Shown in pieces: positions 23,316-37,000 of a stretch of 64,000 bases of DNA (position 1 is the stretch's first letter; each line of letters opens with the position of its first letter). The notes under the pieces are model-generated. The model was not told the origin of the DNA. It worked only from the letters and a program-made list of their open reading frames with translations, and did not search any database. The translations under genes and the position numbers were made by a program. The stretch comes from Amphiscolops sp. MND2022 (lineage: Eukaryota), in NCBI GenBank assembly GCA_964187785.1, contig OZ076409.1, positions 45,324,001 to 45,388,000 of the forward strand. Reading direction: 5' to 3'.

Positions 23316-24330
23316 TCAATTTCCACAAGATCTTTGCAAGGCGTCAGTGGAGTTAAGATGCACACCATCTTTGCCGTAGTAAGACCTGGAGCAGATGTAA
23401 CCAACGCCGACAAAGTTGTACTCGTGCACTTCTCCGTTTTGTCTCAAGGCATCGTTGACCATTCGAAGGCTGTCGTTTTCGCCAGGCTTACATGCGTCTC
23501 TTTGCTTGCTCGACGATGTGCGTCGACGAGGCTTGAGATTCGACAATGGGGGTGTCGATTTCTGTTGGCTGGAACCGCGTTTACAATTCCGCTTCGGGAT
23601 ACCCAGCACCTTCACAGATTGGATCCCACGCTGCTTTAGGACATTGACGAGTACGAAAATTGCTTCCACGGTTAGTTTTGGAGTTGATCTCGGTTTGTCT
23701 TGATTCCACCTACTGCAGACTGAGTTACCTCTGACAAGTATAGCAACATTCTTGATTCCTTTCAGAAAATTTGGTTTGTGTTTAACCCATTCAAGTAGAT
23801 GCTAGGGTTCCACCACTAACAGAACGGACATTCCAATTTTCATTCTTGACAGCGCTTATGATGTAATCTCCCATCAGTAAATTAGACGTCGGTCTGATTT
23901 TCGTGTTTTTGTTTGAGGTAGCTGAGAGTTTAAACGTTTCTCGGTGGGACACTAAGGGATCTAGGTCCAGGGTTTGTTTTAATGACGCCGACCAAAAGGA
24001 GAAGGGAAGTGGAGGCCGGATTAGCACTCCCCTTTACCGAAAACCCGACTGGGCTGTCCGCACTGAGGATTGGCCTTGACAGTGTCCACATTGGTCTAAT
24101 GTTTGTCCCGAACACTGTCCTCACACATGCATGGCGTTTGGGTCCAGTGCCCGAGTCGTTTTGTCGCCACAGTGAGGCCATTCCATTTTTGACCAAGATG
24201 CTGCTGTTGAATCAGGATTTCACCGCATTGTCGTTTGTCACTCGAAGAGATGACATTGATATGGCCAATTCCCGAATTTTGTTTGATGAAATGTTCAAAA
24301 AGATGCGGATGATGTTATTGCCCAATCCGA
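23316..24330 (-). pseudogene. Decayed LINE ORF1-like gene with SGNH esterase domain and a degenerate 2A motif
   Basis: LLLLVGVIKTNPGP (~23963-24004), LLMGDYII..VRSVSGGT (GDS-like block) and YGKDGVHLN (DxxH block); esterase-type ORF1s are known from CR1-group LINEs. Confidence 0.65.
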
Positions 24331-25852
24331 AAATTTCGCTACGGCAATTTTGAACAATCGAAAGAAAAAAGGCTCCTCATTTACATGACTTGTTTTTTTT
24401 GTTCCTACAGCTAACAAAATCGAACAGTTCAGTAAAGCTAACTTTGCCTTAGTCGATTATCGAAAAGCGATTACAAATGATCACCTTGAACAACAATTGT
24501 TAATCACTAATATCGGGAAGTGAAAGATGTTCTGCGCCTTTTGAATGATCATTGAGTTTGGGATGGATTTTGCAACAGTAATTTTCTCTTAGCAATTAAT
24601 TGGTAACTTTGTAGCAATTTTCCAATAGTAATTTTCCAGCAATTAATTGGTAACCCCTGGGGTCAAGCCAGAAGGTAAATTCAGCAGTGACCTTTTGAAC
24701 TTTTCGCGATATTTTCATTCATTTTTAAACCTAAAAGGTCCCCTTGGAAATGTTCTGATGCCACGGTATACCAAAAAATCGCAACGCCACTGTGTCTCTT
24801 ATCACAACATTTAAGCTTACATAAACAACCCGGTATACAGACGTGCAGTTGGTTGAGAAAAAGCTCAAGTCCGAAAAAATTTATCGCATTTCTAATATTA
24901 GACATATTAAAAACATATTAAAGGACATGCTAAATATACTCTATCGAAATTTGTCAGCTTCAAGTAAACGCATTTCGTGAATTCTTCCCATTTTTTCAGG
25001 TGAGTACCTGAAAGAGCCATTTTTTGCGGATACTTCAGCGAGCAGGAATAGCATCTAAGGAATAAATCTAAATGCAAAACGCAACGTGGAAAACGCCTCA
25101 AGCCAAGTCATGCCTTTTCCCAACCCTAAAACATTGAATTTTAGACGATATCCCTTTAGAAGTTATTCCCGAAACATTTTTAGACGTTATTTGCGCCCCT
25201 ATGATATTTCTAGGTAGTAGTGCGACGTAGAACGTCGGCTATGTTCTGTTTTCCCGCCCACCACCAAAATTTTTGAAAATAACTTTCCTTAAAAACTTTA
25301 TACTAGCCTAATTAAAAGTAAAACCTTTCATAACAGGAAGCTAACTTCTATTACAGAAGTTTTCCGCTTGAACAAAACATTGTTCACACATTTTGACTAT
25401 AATTATATTCGTATTTAGTGTTTATTGATGACTCAAAACAGGAAGCTGTTGATTTCTTCATCAAAAATGCGTAATTACATAGGGGAAAAGTGTGAACAAA
25501 GTTTGTATCGGAATCCTAAACAATCACCCTGAAAATAAATTTTAAAATGTAGCTTCCTGGTTTGTATTCAAGTCTATCAAGTTATAAGATTTTCAATAAT
25601 GGTGGGGGACAGAAAAGAGCCATAACGTCTAGAAATGCTTCGGGAACGTCTAAAATTCACTTTTTCAACATAGGGAATGTGCATGTCTTAGCTTTAGACC
25701 TTATTCCTGTCTTGCATGCAGACGTTATTCCCGCTCCCCATTTCTAGGCAACTGATAGATGTTTGCTGAAAACAATATCGCACGCAAGTTTATTTCATTT
25801 AAATAAAAACCTCCGAGTTATCATCTACTGCAGCTTTTAAATATATAAGACT

Positions 25853-26284
25853 TCAGTAAGGCCAGCCTCTGTAAAATCGATCCGTTTGGATTCGGGCAAC
25901 ACGGTCACTGTTAATGTAATTGAGAATCCTTCCAACAGAGCTACCATGAGCATATCTTGAATTCAATCTGGAAGGAAGTCCGCCATAGGACTCGGCTATT
26001 GCACGTTCCGCAGTGTCATATCTGATTTGGTTATATAACGGACTTAACCAGACGTTTCCGGGTGGATTTGAAGATCTCGGAGGAAGTCCACTGAGCGGAG
26101 CATTAAAATATTGACCAGAGTACGGAGCATAATCAGGCGACCTATGTCTCGGACGGGAGTAACCTCTTTGGATCCGAGGGCTATTCATTGACCAAAGTGG
26201 GTTTCCGGGAACCCAATAACAATTCACAATTTCACAGACAAAAACAAAAAAGATAAAACAAATTGATTTGACAAAGGAAGCCAT
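25853..26284 (-). CDS. Orphan secreted protein, 143 aa, rich in Y/P/G/R/S/N
   Basis: Intact ORF with signal-peptide-like N-terminus MASFVKSICFIFFVFVCEIVNC; splice acceptor tatgtttcag 7 nt before the ATG; AATAAA at 25789-25794 (minus) ~60 nt after the stop. Confidence 0.7.
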   Translation of the reverse strand: MASFVKSICFIFFVFVCEIVNCYWVPGNPLWSMNSPRIQRGYSRPRHRSPDYAPYSGQYFNAPLSGLPPRSSNPPGNVWLSPLYNQIRYDTAERAIAESYGGLPSRLNSRYAHGSSVGRILNYINSDRVARIQTDRFYRGWPY

Positions 26285-26350
26285 TATCTTCCTGAAACAT
26301 ACAGCAGCGTGTAGTACTCGTTACACAGAAGTTAATTTTCTTTGGTGTAG

Positions 26351-26392
26351 TATATATATATATATATATAATATAATATATATATAATATAA
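26351..26392. repeat. (TA)n microsatellite
   Basis: tatatatata run with taa interruptions. Confidence 0.9.
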
Positions 26393-26639
26393 TATTTGTT
26401 ACGGGAATTGGAACTAAAAACAGGAATTAGAACTAATTTGTTACGGGAATTGGAACTAAAAAAGTGAGAATAGGACCTGAAATGCGGAATGAGACCCAAG
26501 GGGAGAACGGAATAATATCTAAAGGAATAATATCTAAATTTTTTCAAAGTATAAAACGTGCCTCTGATATTTCCTCATTTCCTCTAGTGCCCCGCGGCCC
26601 CTTGGGTCCGCTTATGTTACCATCTTGCTAAGCGAGGTC

Positions 26640-26935
26640 GAACAGGAGCAAAGAGTTCAGAATAGAGCAGCATGCCTCCTTTTTCACCAGAGAAATTCCA
26701 ATGTTAACTTACTTTTGAATGAACTTCATTGGCTTCCTGTTGAAAAAAGAAATAAGTACAAAATCTTATGCTTCGTATACCGTCTTTATAATGACTTGCC
26801 TGTGCCTATTTATCTGTCGATACCGTTTTTCAGGTAACAGCAACTTGATCAGTACGATCTGAGAAGTTCCAGAGAACGAAAATGGACTCTCAGAATTACC
26901 AACAAGGGTGGCTGTAAATAGGTGGAATTTTTCTG
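26640..26935 (+). pseudogene. L2-like LINE ORF2 3' fragment
   Basis: QRVQNRAACLLF..LLNELHWLPVEKR.KYKILCFVYR is the characteristic post-RT L2 segment. Confidence 0.75.
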
Positions 26936-27363
26936 GTCGAAAGGACAGAGGTTGAACTTTTTTGATCGAATTGCAGGGATCGAATGGAATGCGGTCGAAT
27001 TTTATCGTATTTGTTGTATGGCTCGGTCGCTTCGCTCCCTTCGCCAAGTAGCAACATTGAGGCATGGCCATATTGCACGTCGCTCCGCTTCGCTTCGCTC
27101 CTGCATTCAGGGCACTAGGGGTATGTGAACATATCTGACCACGTTTTAAAAATTTCGATCTGAGTTGTTTCGATCATATTCAAAAATTTGGTATGTCGGC
27201 CTGGGGACTAACTCTGATTTTCGATCCCGTTCATTCGACCTACTTCTGCCCACCCCATCGCACATGCCCCACATATTTTCGCTTTCAGAACACATATTAG
27301 ATCATAAGGTTAACAGTCACTTAGCTTAATACCTTTTGGCTTAATTTTTTTCTTGAGTCACTT

Positions 27364-30300
27364 GAGTCTTGAAATATATTTATCACCAATATAAAGATGA
27401 AAGGAAGAGAAGCCGACAGTTTTACGGAAAGGGAGACATTGATTGTAACTTGTTTGTGGTAATTGACTTTCTATTTACCCTCTGTCTTATTAAATTTGAT
27501 TTCGGCTACTTAAAACGTAAGTGGAAGTTCCAACTCTCGGAATAAATAAATCAAGAGGCCGCAGGGCACTGGAGGATATGGGGGAATATCCGAGGGGTAC
27601 TTGATATGACATGTTATAATAATATGCTGACTACTTTATAATGATAAATTCGACAAAATCTGCCACTAAGTGGTCTTAAGTCAAATCACTTTAAGCCAAG
27701 TGACCAATACTCGAGACACTTAGCTTAAAAAAATTAAGCCAAGTGACTAATGTCATTAAGCCAAGTGACTTTAAGCCAAATGGTATCAAACCAAGTGACC
27801 ATTTGTCGATCATAAAGGGGTTAGACCTAAGTATTTTAGATAAAATTAGATCTGAAAGTTAGACCTAACAGTTAGATCTAATTCCATTAGACCCAAGCAA
27901 TTAGATCAAAGGCGTACACTCCAAGTAATACTAGGCCTATGTCAAATTGGGTAGTCAGTCAACGTATAAATTGGTGTTCATATAAATGACGACGCAATAA
28001 TTAATACATGCGGTATCTGCACTGGTACAGGTACCGGTACCGTACGTACTGGAGCCTTGTCAACCCTATACCGTACGTACCGGAGCCTTGCCTACCCTAG
28101 TAATATGGCCCAAAACTAAGCGAAACGAGATGAACCTTTGTCAATTTGATTAATTTATTATGATCAAAGTGATTGGTTGCTGTATTTACAATGTATATGA
28201 GTGTATAGAATAGTACGAGTAACCTGAATCTTTTCTGTTGCATTCTAATTGACTATATCAATGAAACTTTCATTTTTACTGATCTAAAAAGCTTCACGAT
28301 TCGACCCACGATTGGAACCAAAATCTCCCGATTTCCACTCTAAATTAAAAAAATCATTTAAAAAAAAATTTATTCCAGTTGGTGTAAATGTATTTCACTA
28401 TTGTATATCACTATTTACAATCAGTATAAACATTTTCCACTATAGTATAATATAGTGTCAATTAAAGTATAGTATAGTACAAGTATCCTGAATCGTTTCT
28501 AGTGCATTCTAGTTGACTTTTTCAATCAAATTTTCATTGTCATAGTATGTTCCATCATACTATAGTAAAGTATTGAAAAATTCTTCTTATTCATTTTTTT
28601 CAAATTCCTTTTCAAATATCATTTTTTCAAATTCAAATGCAGTTGGTACAATTGTAGTACCATAGTATAGAAGAGTCTTGAAATATATTTATCACCAATA
28701 TAAAGATGAAAGGAAGAGAAGCCGACAGTTTTACGGAAAGGGAGACATTGATTGTAACTTGTTTGTGGTAATTGACTTTCTATTTACCCTCTGTCTTATT
28801 AAATTTGATTTCGGCTACTTAAAACGTAAGTGGAAGTTTCAACTCTCGGAATAAATAAATCAAGAGGCCGCAGGGCACTGGAGGATATGGGGGAATATCC
28901 GAGGGGTACTTGATATGACATGTTATAATAATATGCTGACTACTTTATAATGATAAATTCGACAAAATCTGCCACTAAGTGGTCTTAAGTCAAATCACTT
29001 TAAGCCAAGTGACCAATACTCGAGACACTTAGCTTTAAAAAAATAAGCCAAGTGACTAATGTCATTAAACCAAGTGACTTTAAGCCAAATGGTATTAAGC
29101 CAAATGACCATTTGTCGATCATAAAGGGATTAGACGTAAGAATTTTAGATAAAATTAGATCTGAAAGTTAGACCTAACAGTTAGATCTAATTCCATTAGC
29201 CCAAACCATTAGATCAAAGGCGTACACTCCAAGTAATACTAGGCCAATGTCCAATTGGGTAGTCAGTCAACGTATAAATTGGTGTTCATATAAATGACGA
29301 CGCAATAATTAATACATGCGGTATCTGCACTGGTACAGGTACCGGTACCGTACGTACTGGAGCCTTGTCAACCCTATACCGTACGTACCGGAGCCTTGCC
29401 TACCCTAGTAATATGGCCCAAAACTAAGCGAAACGAGATGAACCTTTGTCAATTTGATTAATTTATTATGATCAAAGTGATTGGTTGCTGTATATACAAT
29501 GTATATGAGTGTATAGAATAGTACGAGTAACCTGAATCTTTTCTGTTGCATTCTAATTGACTATATCAATGAAACTTTCATTTTTACTGATCTAAAAACT
29601 TCACGATTCGACCCACGATTGGAACCAAAATCTCCCGATTTCCACTCTAAATTAAAAATATCATTTAAAAAAAATTTATTCCAGTTGGTGTAAATGTATT
29701 TCACTATTGTATATCACTATTTACAATCAGTATAAACATTTTCCACTATAGTATAATATAGTGTCAATTAAAGTATAGTATAGTACAAGTATCCTGAATC
29801 GTTTCTAGTGCATTCTAGATGACTTTTTCAATCAAATTTTCATTGTCATAGTATGTTCCATCATACTATAGTAAAGTATTGAAAAATTCTTCTTATTCAT
29901 TTTTTTCAAATTCCTTTTCAAATATCATTTTTTCAAATTCAAATGCAGTTGGTACAATTGTAGTACCATAGTATAGAAGAGTCTTGAAATATATTTATCA
30001 CCAATATAAAGATGAAAGGAAGAGAAGCCGACAGTTTTACGGAAAGGGAGACATTGATTGTAACTTGTTTGTGGTAATTGACTTTCTATTTACCCTCTGT
30101 CTTATTAAATTTGATTTCGGCTACTTAAAACGTAAGTGGAAGTTCCAACTCTCGGAATAAATGAATCAAGAGGCCGCAGGGCACTGGAGGATATGGGGGA
30201 ATATCCGAGGGGTACTTGATATGACATGTTATAATAATATGCTGACTACTTTATAATGATAAATTCGACAAAATCTGCCACTAAGTGGTCTTAAGTCAAA

Positions 30301-31061
30301 TCACTTTAAGCCAAGTGACCAATACTCGAGACACTTAGCCTAAAAAAAAAATAAGCCAAGTGACTAATGTCATTAAACCAAGTGACTTTAAGCCAAATGG
30401 TATTAAGCCAAATGACCATTTGTCGATCATAAAGGGATTAGACGTAAGAATTTTAGATAAAATTAGATCAGAAAGTTAGACCTAACAGTTAGATCTAATT
30501 CCATTAGCCCCAAGCCATTAGATCAAAGGCGTACACTCCAAGTAATACTAGGCCTATGTCCAATTGGGTAGTCACTCAACGTATAAATTGATGTGCATAT
30601 AAATGACGACGCAATAATTAATACATGCGGTAACTGCACTAGTACAGGTACCGGTACCGTTGGTACTGGAGCCTTGTCAACCCTATACCGTACGTACCGG
30701 AACCTTGCCTACCCTAGTAATATGGCCCAAAACTAAGCGAAAAGAGATGAACCTTTGTCATTTCGATTACTTTATTATGATCAAAGTGATTGGTTGCTGT
30801 ATATACAATGTATATGAGTGTATAGAATAATACAAGTAACCTGAATCTTTTCTGTTGCCTTCTAATTGACTATTTCAATGAAATTTTCCTTTTTTTTATC
30901 TAAAAAGCTTCACGATTCGAGCCACGATTGGAACCCAAAATCTCCCGATTTCACTCTAATTTTAAAAAAGAAATCATTTTAAAAATAATTTATTCCAGTT
31001 GGTAAAAATGTATTTTACTATTGTATATCACTATTTACAATCAGTATAAACAATTTCCACT
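27364..31061. repeat. Tandem array of a ~1.31-kb non-coding unit, 2.8 copies (starts 27364, 28673, 29979)
   Basis: Each unit begins gagtcttgaaatatatttatcacc; periods 1309 and 1306; internal ttaagccaagtgac and ttagatctaa sub-repeats; no ORFs in the track. Confidence 0.97.
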
Positions 31062-34000
31062 GTGACCGATTACCACAAGTATACAAATCTGATTGGTCTT
31101 CTTTTCTACAAATATTTAAAAAACAATTCTACTCACAGAAACAAGCCTATCATGCTCAAATTGAAGCTCTCTCATTTGTCAAAAAAATAATAAAAAAGTT
31201 CGTCACTTTGCTTCAAAAGTAGAAACTCTTGTTGAACAAGGATGGTGTAATGAATAACCTTCAACCATAAATCTTGAATGTAATGAATTTTTCACTCGTT
31301 GTCTTCCCAAAAAGTTGAAAGATTTCGCCAACAAACGCCAAGTTAAACATATCTCTAGCTCACTTGAACCTTCAAAACCATTCCACACTCTTTTCAACAT
31401 GGTTGACTCTGAAGACATCACCCTTGAAAAAATCAAAACTCATGAACTCTCTCTTGAACTCTTGAAATTAACTTCCTCTCAGAAAACCTTAAAGATACCG
31501 TCACCCTTAATGATACAACTTCTCCTCCAGTCAATCAATTAAGCCAAAATGATCCCAACAAAAAAACAAAACCTCAGTTCAAAAAATAATCTGTCACAAA
31601 AATAACCACTCTGTATCTACATGTTTTTGTCGTCTCAATCTATTAAATTACCGTTCATCCCAATCTAAATCTCCCACTCCATCATTTTATCAACACATTA
31701 AAAACTCTCGTCCAAATTCGTTCACCCGAAGTTCTTATAGAAACTGTAGTCGAAGTTTGAGTAACTCTCTTCATAATCACTCTCACTCAAAACCTACTTA
31801 TTTTCGTTCTCGTTCACCCTCTCACCATTGAAATAGTCAATACTTTTATAAAAAAGATCACCATTCCCACAAACACAATTACTTTTCTTCTAATACTGAC
31901 TCTAATCGCCGTACCCGGTATAACCAAAATTATAAAAATTCACACTCTTATTCTAAATCCTACCACACTTCTTGTCGCCCTTCTTCTAGACAAAACTCCC
32001 ACTCTCGTCATCGTTCTCATAGTAGTCATTCTAGAAATAACTCTAACTCTTTCAGATCCTAGGAAACTCCATATCGCCCCCTTCCCAACCACACTATCAT
32101 AGATCACATTCTCACTCTAACTCTAAACCACAATATCAACCTGTTATCAATCATATTGAACCTACTCCTTCTGATGACAATCCGTTTGAAATTAATATGA
32201 ACTACCCTACAATTACTGATGCTATAACCCCCTCTAGTTGGTTTTTTAATCCATAAATTTCAAAATCTAAAACTGACACTTCTACTCCATCAAAATTAGA
32301 GATCCTCTTTCTTTTGGATAGTGGTGATTCCATTTCTGTTCTTAATTTACCCACATACACTATTTTGGCTGAAAAATTTGTACAGTGCTCCTCTCAAATC
32401 CAGTTTCCGCCTTCAAAAACTATCACTGTTGCTGATAAAGCCCAAGTTCCTATTCTCTTTAACATTAACCTCACCTGCCATACTTCTGTCAACAATGACT
32501 CTCATACATTTATAATACCTTTTGCTGTTGCCAATATCAAATATAATATTCTTGGCACTCCATTTTTTGAACAATATGTTAAATCTCTTGATATTGAAAA
32601 CCTGACTTTTTTATTTGAAGGTACTCCAACCTCTCGTACACATAGCATTCCTTTCGCTGCTCACAAAGAAAAAGATTACCCCTTCTTTTCATATATTTAC
32701 ACTATCAACGTCTCAAAAAAACTTTTTTACAACCGAACTCTTCTAAAGCGGTCCACTTTCCCATTAAATCCTCTTCGTCCCTCTCATTTCAAACCACTGA
32801 AAACGAAACTATATTTCCCTCTACTCCGCATACATATTTTCATAAATGTCTCAACTCTACATTTAGTTTCCTTCAACTCCACGATCCAACCAAAACCACA
32901 CTTTCACCCTCATCCTGTTCAGTAGTAATTCAAAATATTACCAACCACTCTGCCACCCTTCCTTTTGGGTGCATTGGGTATATTGAAATTCCCGCTACCC
33001 TTGATCTTCCCACTGCTTACCACGTTCACGATATAAACTCCCTTGTTAATTCTGTTTTTAATTCCTATTATCCCACTCTTGTGGAACCTATGCCACCTTC
33101 ACGTTCAACATCACTACCATCAAACATATCATCATCCTTTGAACTCCATAACTTACAACCAACACAAATAATACAAAATTCCTTTCCTAAACCTCCCTAT
33201 TCAAAACAAACACTTTCAATTTTGCAGAACTTCAAATTTCAATACTCTGATATTACTAATGAAGAATATCTCAAAACTTGCGAAATCCTTGTTAATTATC
33301 AAAACTGTTATGCCACCCACCGTAATGACGTCGGTCATATCTCAACTCCCTTTGTATACGATTGAAACCAAACGCAAAACTTCAAACTCAACGCCCTACT
33401 AATGTTCCCCTACACTACCGCGAAATAGTAAAAAATCTCATCCAAGAAATAGAAACACTTTATATCAATCGCCAAATTGGTTCTAACTCTTCCGACACTC
33501 TTTATTACGAAACCACATTTTTGAATGCTCTCATCATTATCACCAAGGGAGATACAATAAAAGTTGTCCTCGACGCACACCACTTAAACTCAAATACCGA
33601 CCAAGCCTACGAATCTTGGCCTTTTGAAAAAACTTGCTCCTCACTTAGCTCGCGCCAATAAAAATATTATATCTGCCATTGACTTAATGTACGCTTATGC
33701 ACATGCTCCTCTCGACGAAGAAACCTTTCGCCTAACGAGTTTTTCATCTGGTGACAAACTTTACGCCTTTATCAAAGGTTTTCATGCTCTGAAAGGACTC
33801 TCCATTTTTTTTACAAAACAAATGTACACCTTTTTTCAAAAACTCATTGACCAAGGTTTTGCCTTAGCCTATATTGATGACATACTATTACTCTCTCATA
33901 CAAAATCTCATATGATTGAACTTATTGAACAACTTCACCGAATTTGCCAAAAAAACAATCTTTAAATTGCCCCTGAAAAATCCTTCTACGTACTCCTGAC

Positions 34001-37000
34001 CGTCAAATTTCTTGGACATGAAATTGGCAATTAAACAATTAAACCAATTCACTCTAAAGTGGGTGGCATCCAATAACTTAAAACTCCCTCTTCTAAACGT
34101 GAATTGATGCCTTTCATTGGTTCAATGAATTTCTATTCCAAATTCATTCAAAATATACAAACTCTCTCAAACCTTCTTACACCCTCCTCCTTGATGATGT
34201 CTCTTTTAACTGGACACCAGAACTTAACAAATTATTCGAAAGAAGTTAAACTCTCACTCAAAAACGACGCTGATTTAGCTATCCCTAATATTTCAAAGCC
34301 ATTCTACATAACTGTAGATGCCTCTCTTTTTGGCCTTGGTGCTGTTTTATTTCAACCAAATTCAAATAATAAAATGCAAATTATTTCATATAACTCGCGT
34401 ATCCTCAACACCCAAAAACAAAAACTTTCCACTTATGATAGAGAACTTTGCCCTGTAACATTTGCCCTCACTGTTTACGAATTCAGAGTAATAGGCTCAA
34501 AGTTTCCGATCACTCTTTTCACTGACCATAATCCACTCTTATTTCTCTTTACTCGTAAAGGCAATCTTACTCCACGAGAATACAAAACCCAATTGCTCCT
34601 TACAGAATTCTCCAATCTCCGTATCATGCATACAGGTGGTACAAACTTAGCTGTCGCTGACATGCTCAGTCGCAATTTTTCTTCTATTAACTCAAACTCT
34701 TGTGAATTACAACATAAAACTCTACCCCATACTGAATTTGCTCAAAGAACTCCAAACAATACTCTTACTGAAATTCATTATTTAGTGCAACACGAAGAAG
34801 TTTTACCAACTCAAAAAATGGCTCCCACCCTTTTCTTGGTGACTATGGCTCACAAAATTATACTCTTCGTATTAATGACAATGGTAATACCATTAAATAC
34901 ACTCCTCTTAACTCTTTTTCATTTAAATCCGTACTCCCTTTCAATCATAAATATAAACGTCCAGTCAAAAAACAAACCAACACTCTTTTACAACAAAACC
35001 CTCTTTTAAATGAAACGGATCTTGATAGTGATCATAATCCTATCTTTAAACGCATCCCCAAAGTATCAAAACCACAATCTTTCGAAATTAATGAACCAAT
35101 AGTTTCCAAGCCCCTTGACCCTCATTTACAGCAAGAACTTGTCTATGATATTTCTGTTGCCAAACACCACTTTTAGCTATAACTCCGACTCCAATTAAAT
35201 CAATCTCTAAACATAGTGTTATACCTTACTTCGATCCTTCATTCTTTAAACTACCAAAAAAATTTGAAAACTTTTTCTTGCCTCCAAACACACCTCTTAC
35301 AATACAAGTTATTGAAGAACAACGGAAATACAATCCTGTCCTTTCTATCGTTTACGATTGGATCAAAAATAAAACATAACCAGACACCCTTAACCGCTCT
35401 ATTAAAGGCAATTCCTTTCTCCACTTTTATTATAAACCATTCTCTCATTTATGCATTGACCCTACCTCACATCTTATTCACTACCTTCTTGATAACCCCC
35501 TTTCCTTTGAAGAATTAACTACTCCATGTTCTCAACCCAAAATTAACAAAACTCGCATTTGATTACCTTTTACACTCTTTTACGTGGCCTTCATGAAAAC
35601 CCACTCTCATGGACATTCTAAAGAAAAACTCTCAATAAAAACATTTAACCAGTTTTACTATGTACCTCAATTTCCACTTTGGTTTTCAATAATCATTCAT
35701 GACTGTCTTGAATGTCAAACCAACAAACATTTCCCTCTTAAACATAACATTGCTCTTCCTTTACTGTCTTATAAAAATGCTACTCATTTCAATTATCTTA
35801 ACTCAATGAATACAAAAGGTCCAACCTCTCCCACTTCATATGGTAACAATTACAATTTTGTCATTATTGATGCTTTCACCCATTATTACAAATCCCACTC
35901 GAAACGTGACTTCCAAACACGCGATTAACACCCTTCTCTACCACTGGATTACAAATTTTGGCCCCGCTCAATACTTACTCACTGATCGTGGCACTGAATA
36001 TATTAACCAAGACATTGCTCACCTACGTTCACTCTTTCATATTAAACACTCCCCACGTAGTCCGTCTTCTCCATGGACTAATGGCCTCGTTGAAAATCAA
36101 AACCGCAACCTCGGAACTCATCTTCGTTCATTTTTACTAGACCCTCCTAATAACTGGTCAATTAAACTCAAATGTATGCTTACGTACATAACACTACTCC
36201 TCTCTCAACTTTGAAATTGTCCCCTCATCAAACTGTTTTTCATACTCATCCTCGCATACCTCTTTCATTCAATTTAAATTTAACTCGAGACTCTGAACAA
36301 AAATGCACTTCATCCTTCTTTTCGACCTTACCTGCATTTTTTCATTATCAATCCACTGACCTTAATCCGTTCTTTTCCACCCTACTTTCAAAACCAATCT
36401 CTATTTGGCTCCTTGCCGTAGAATCAGCAATGCTCGAAATTGACTCCACCGTACACAAACATCCTAATCATAAATTAACCTCTTCCACTTCCACATTGGA
36501 ACAAATCTTCAAAAACAACTTCCTCTCAATACCTTTGTCCCTCACAAGAATTTTACACCTATTCACTTCTCTACCAAACTTAAACCCCTGCGAATTGGTC
36601 CATATAAAATAATCCGTCAACTTTCTGATGTTACATATGAACTCCTCTCCCGATCCGGTGAAACTTTTCATACTCACTGTAACCATATTTTCATTTACAA
36701 CTCAGAAGAACCCATTATTTTCCCTCACATCAATAATTACCAACTCCTCTCTCCGTCATTATTAAATAATCCTGACTCCATATCATCCAAAAAAAACCTC
36801 TCTGATACAGATATCACACCTCTTTCTTCCCCACAATCCGATACTAATAACAACGCTCCTCCTAACTATGAAGATCCGTCTCTCCTCTCTTCAAACTATA
36901 ATGTATCTCAACCTCTTGACGATTCACGATGTGACACTTCTCACTATGGTGATATGCAAGATAATCCTCTTTATCTTTCTACCTCACAAGTTACACAATC

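Noticed and set aside
27020..27120. Helitron 3' end (cgcttcgct hairpins followed by ctag)
   Set aside because: Suggestive only; no matching 5' end or second copy in the window.
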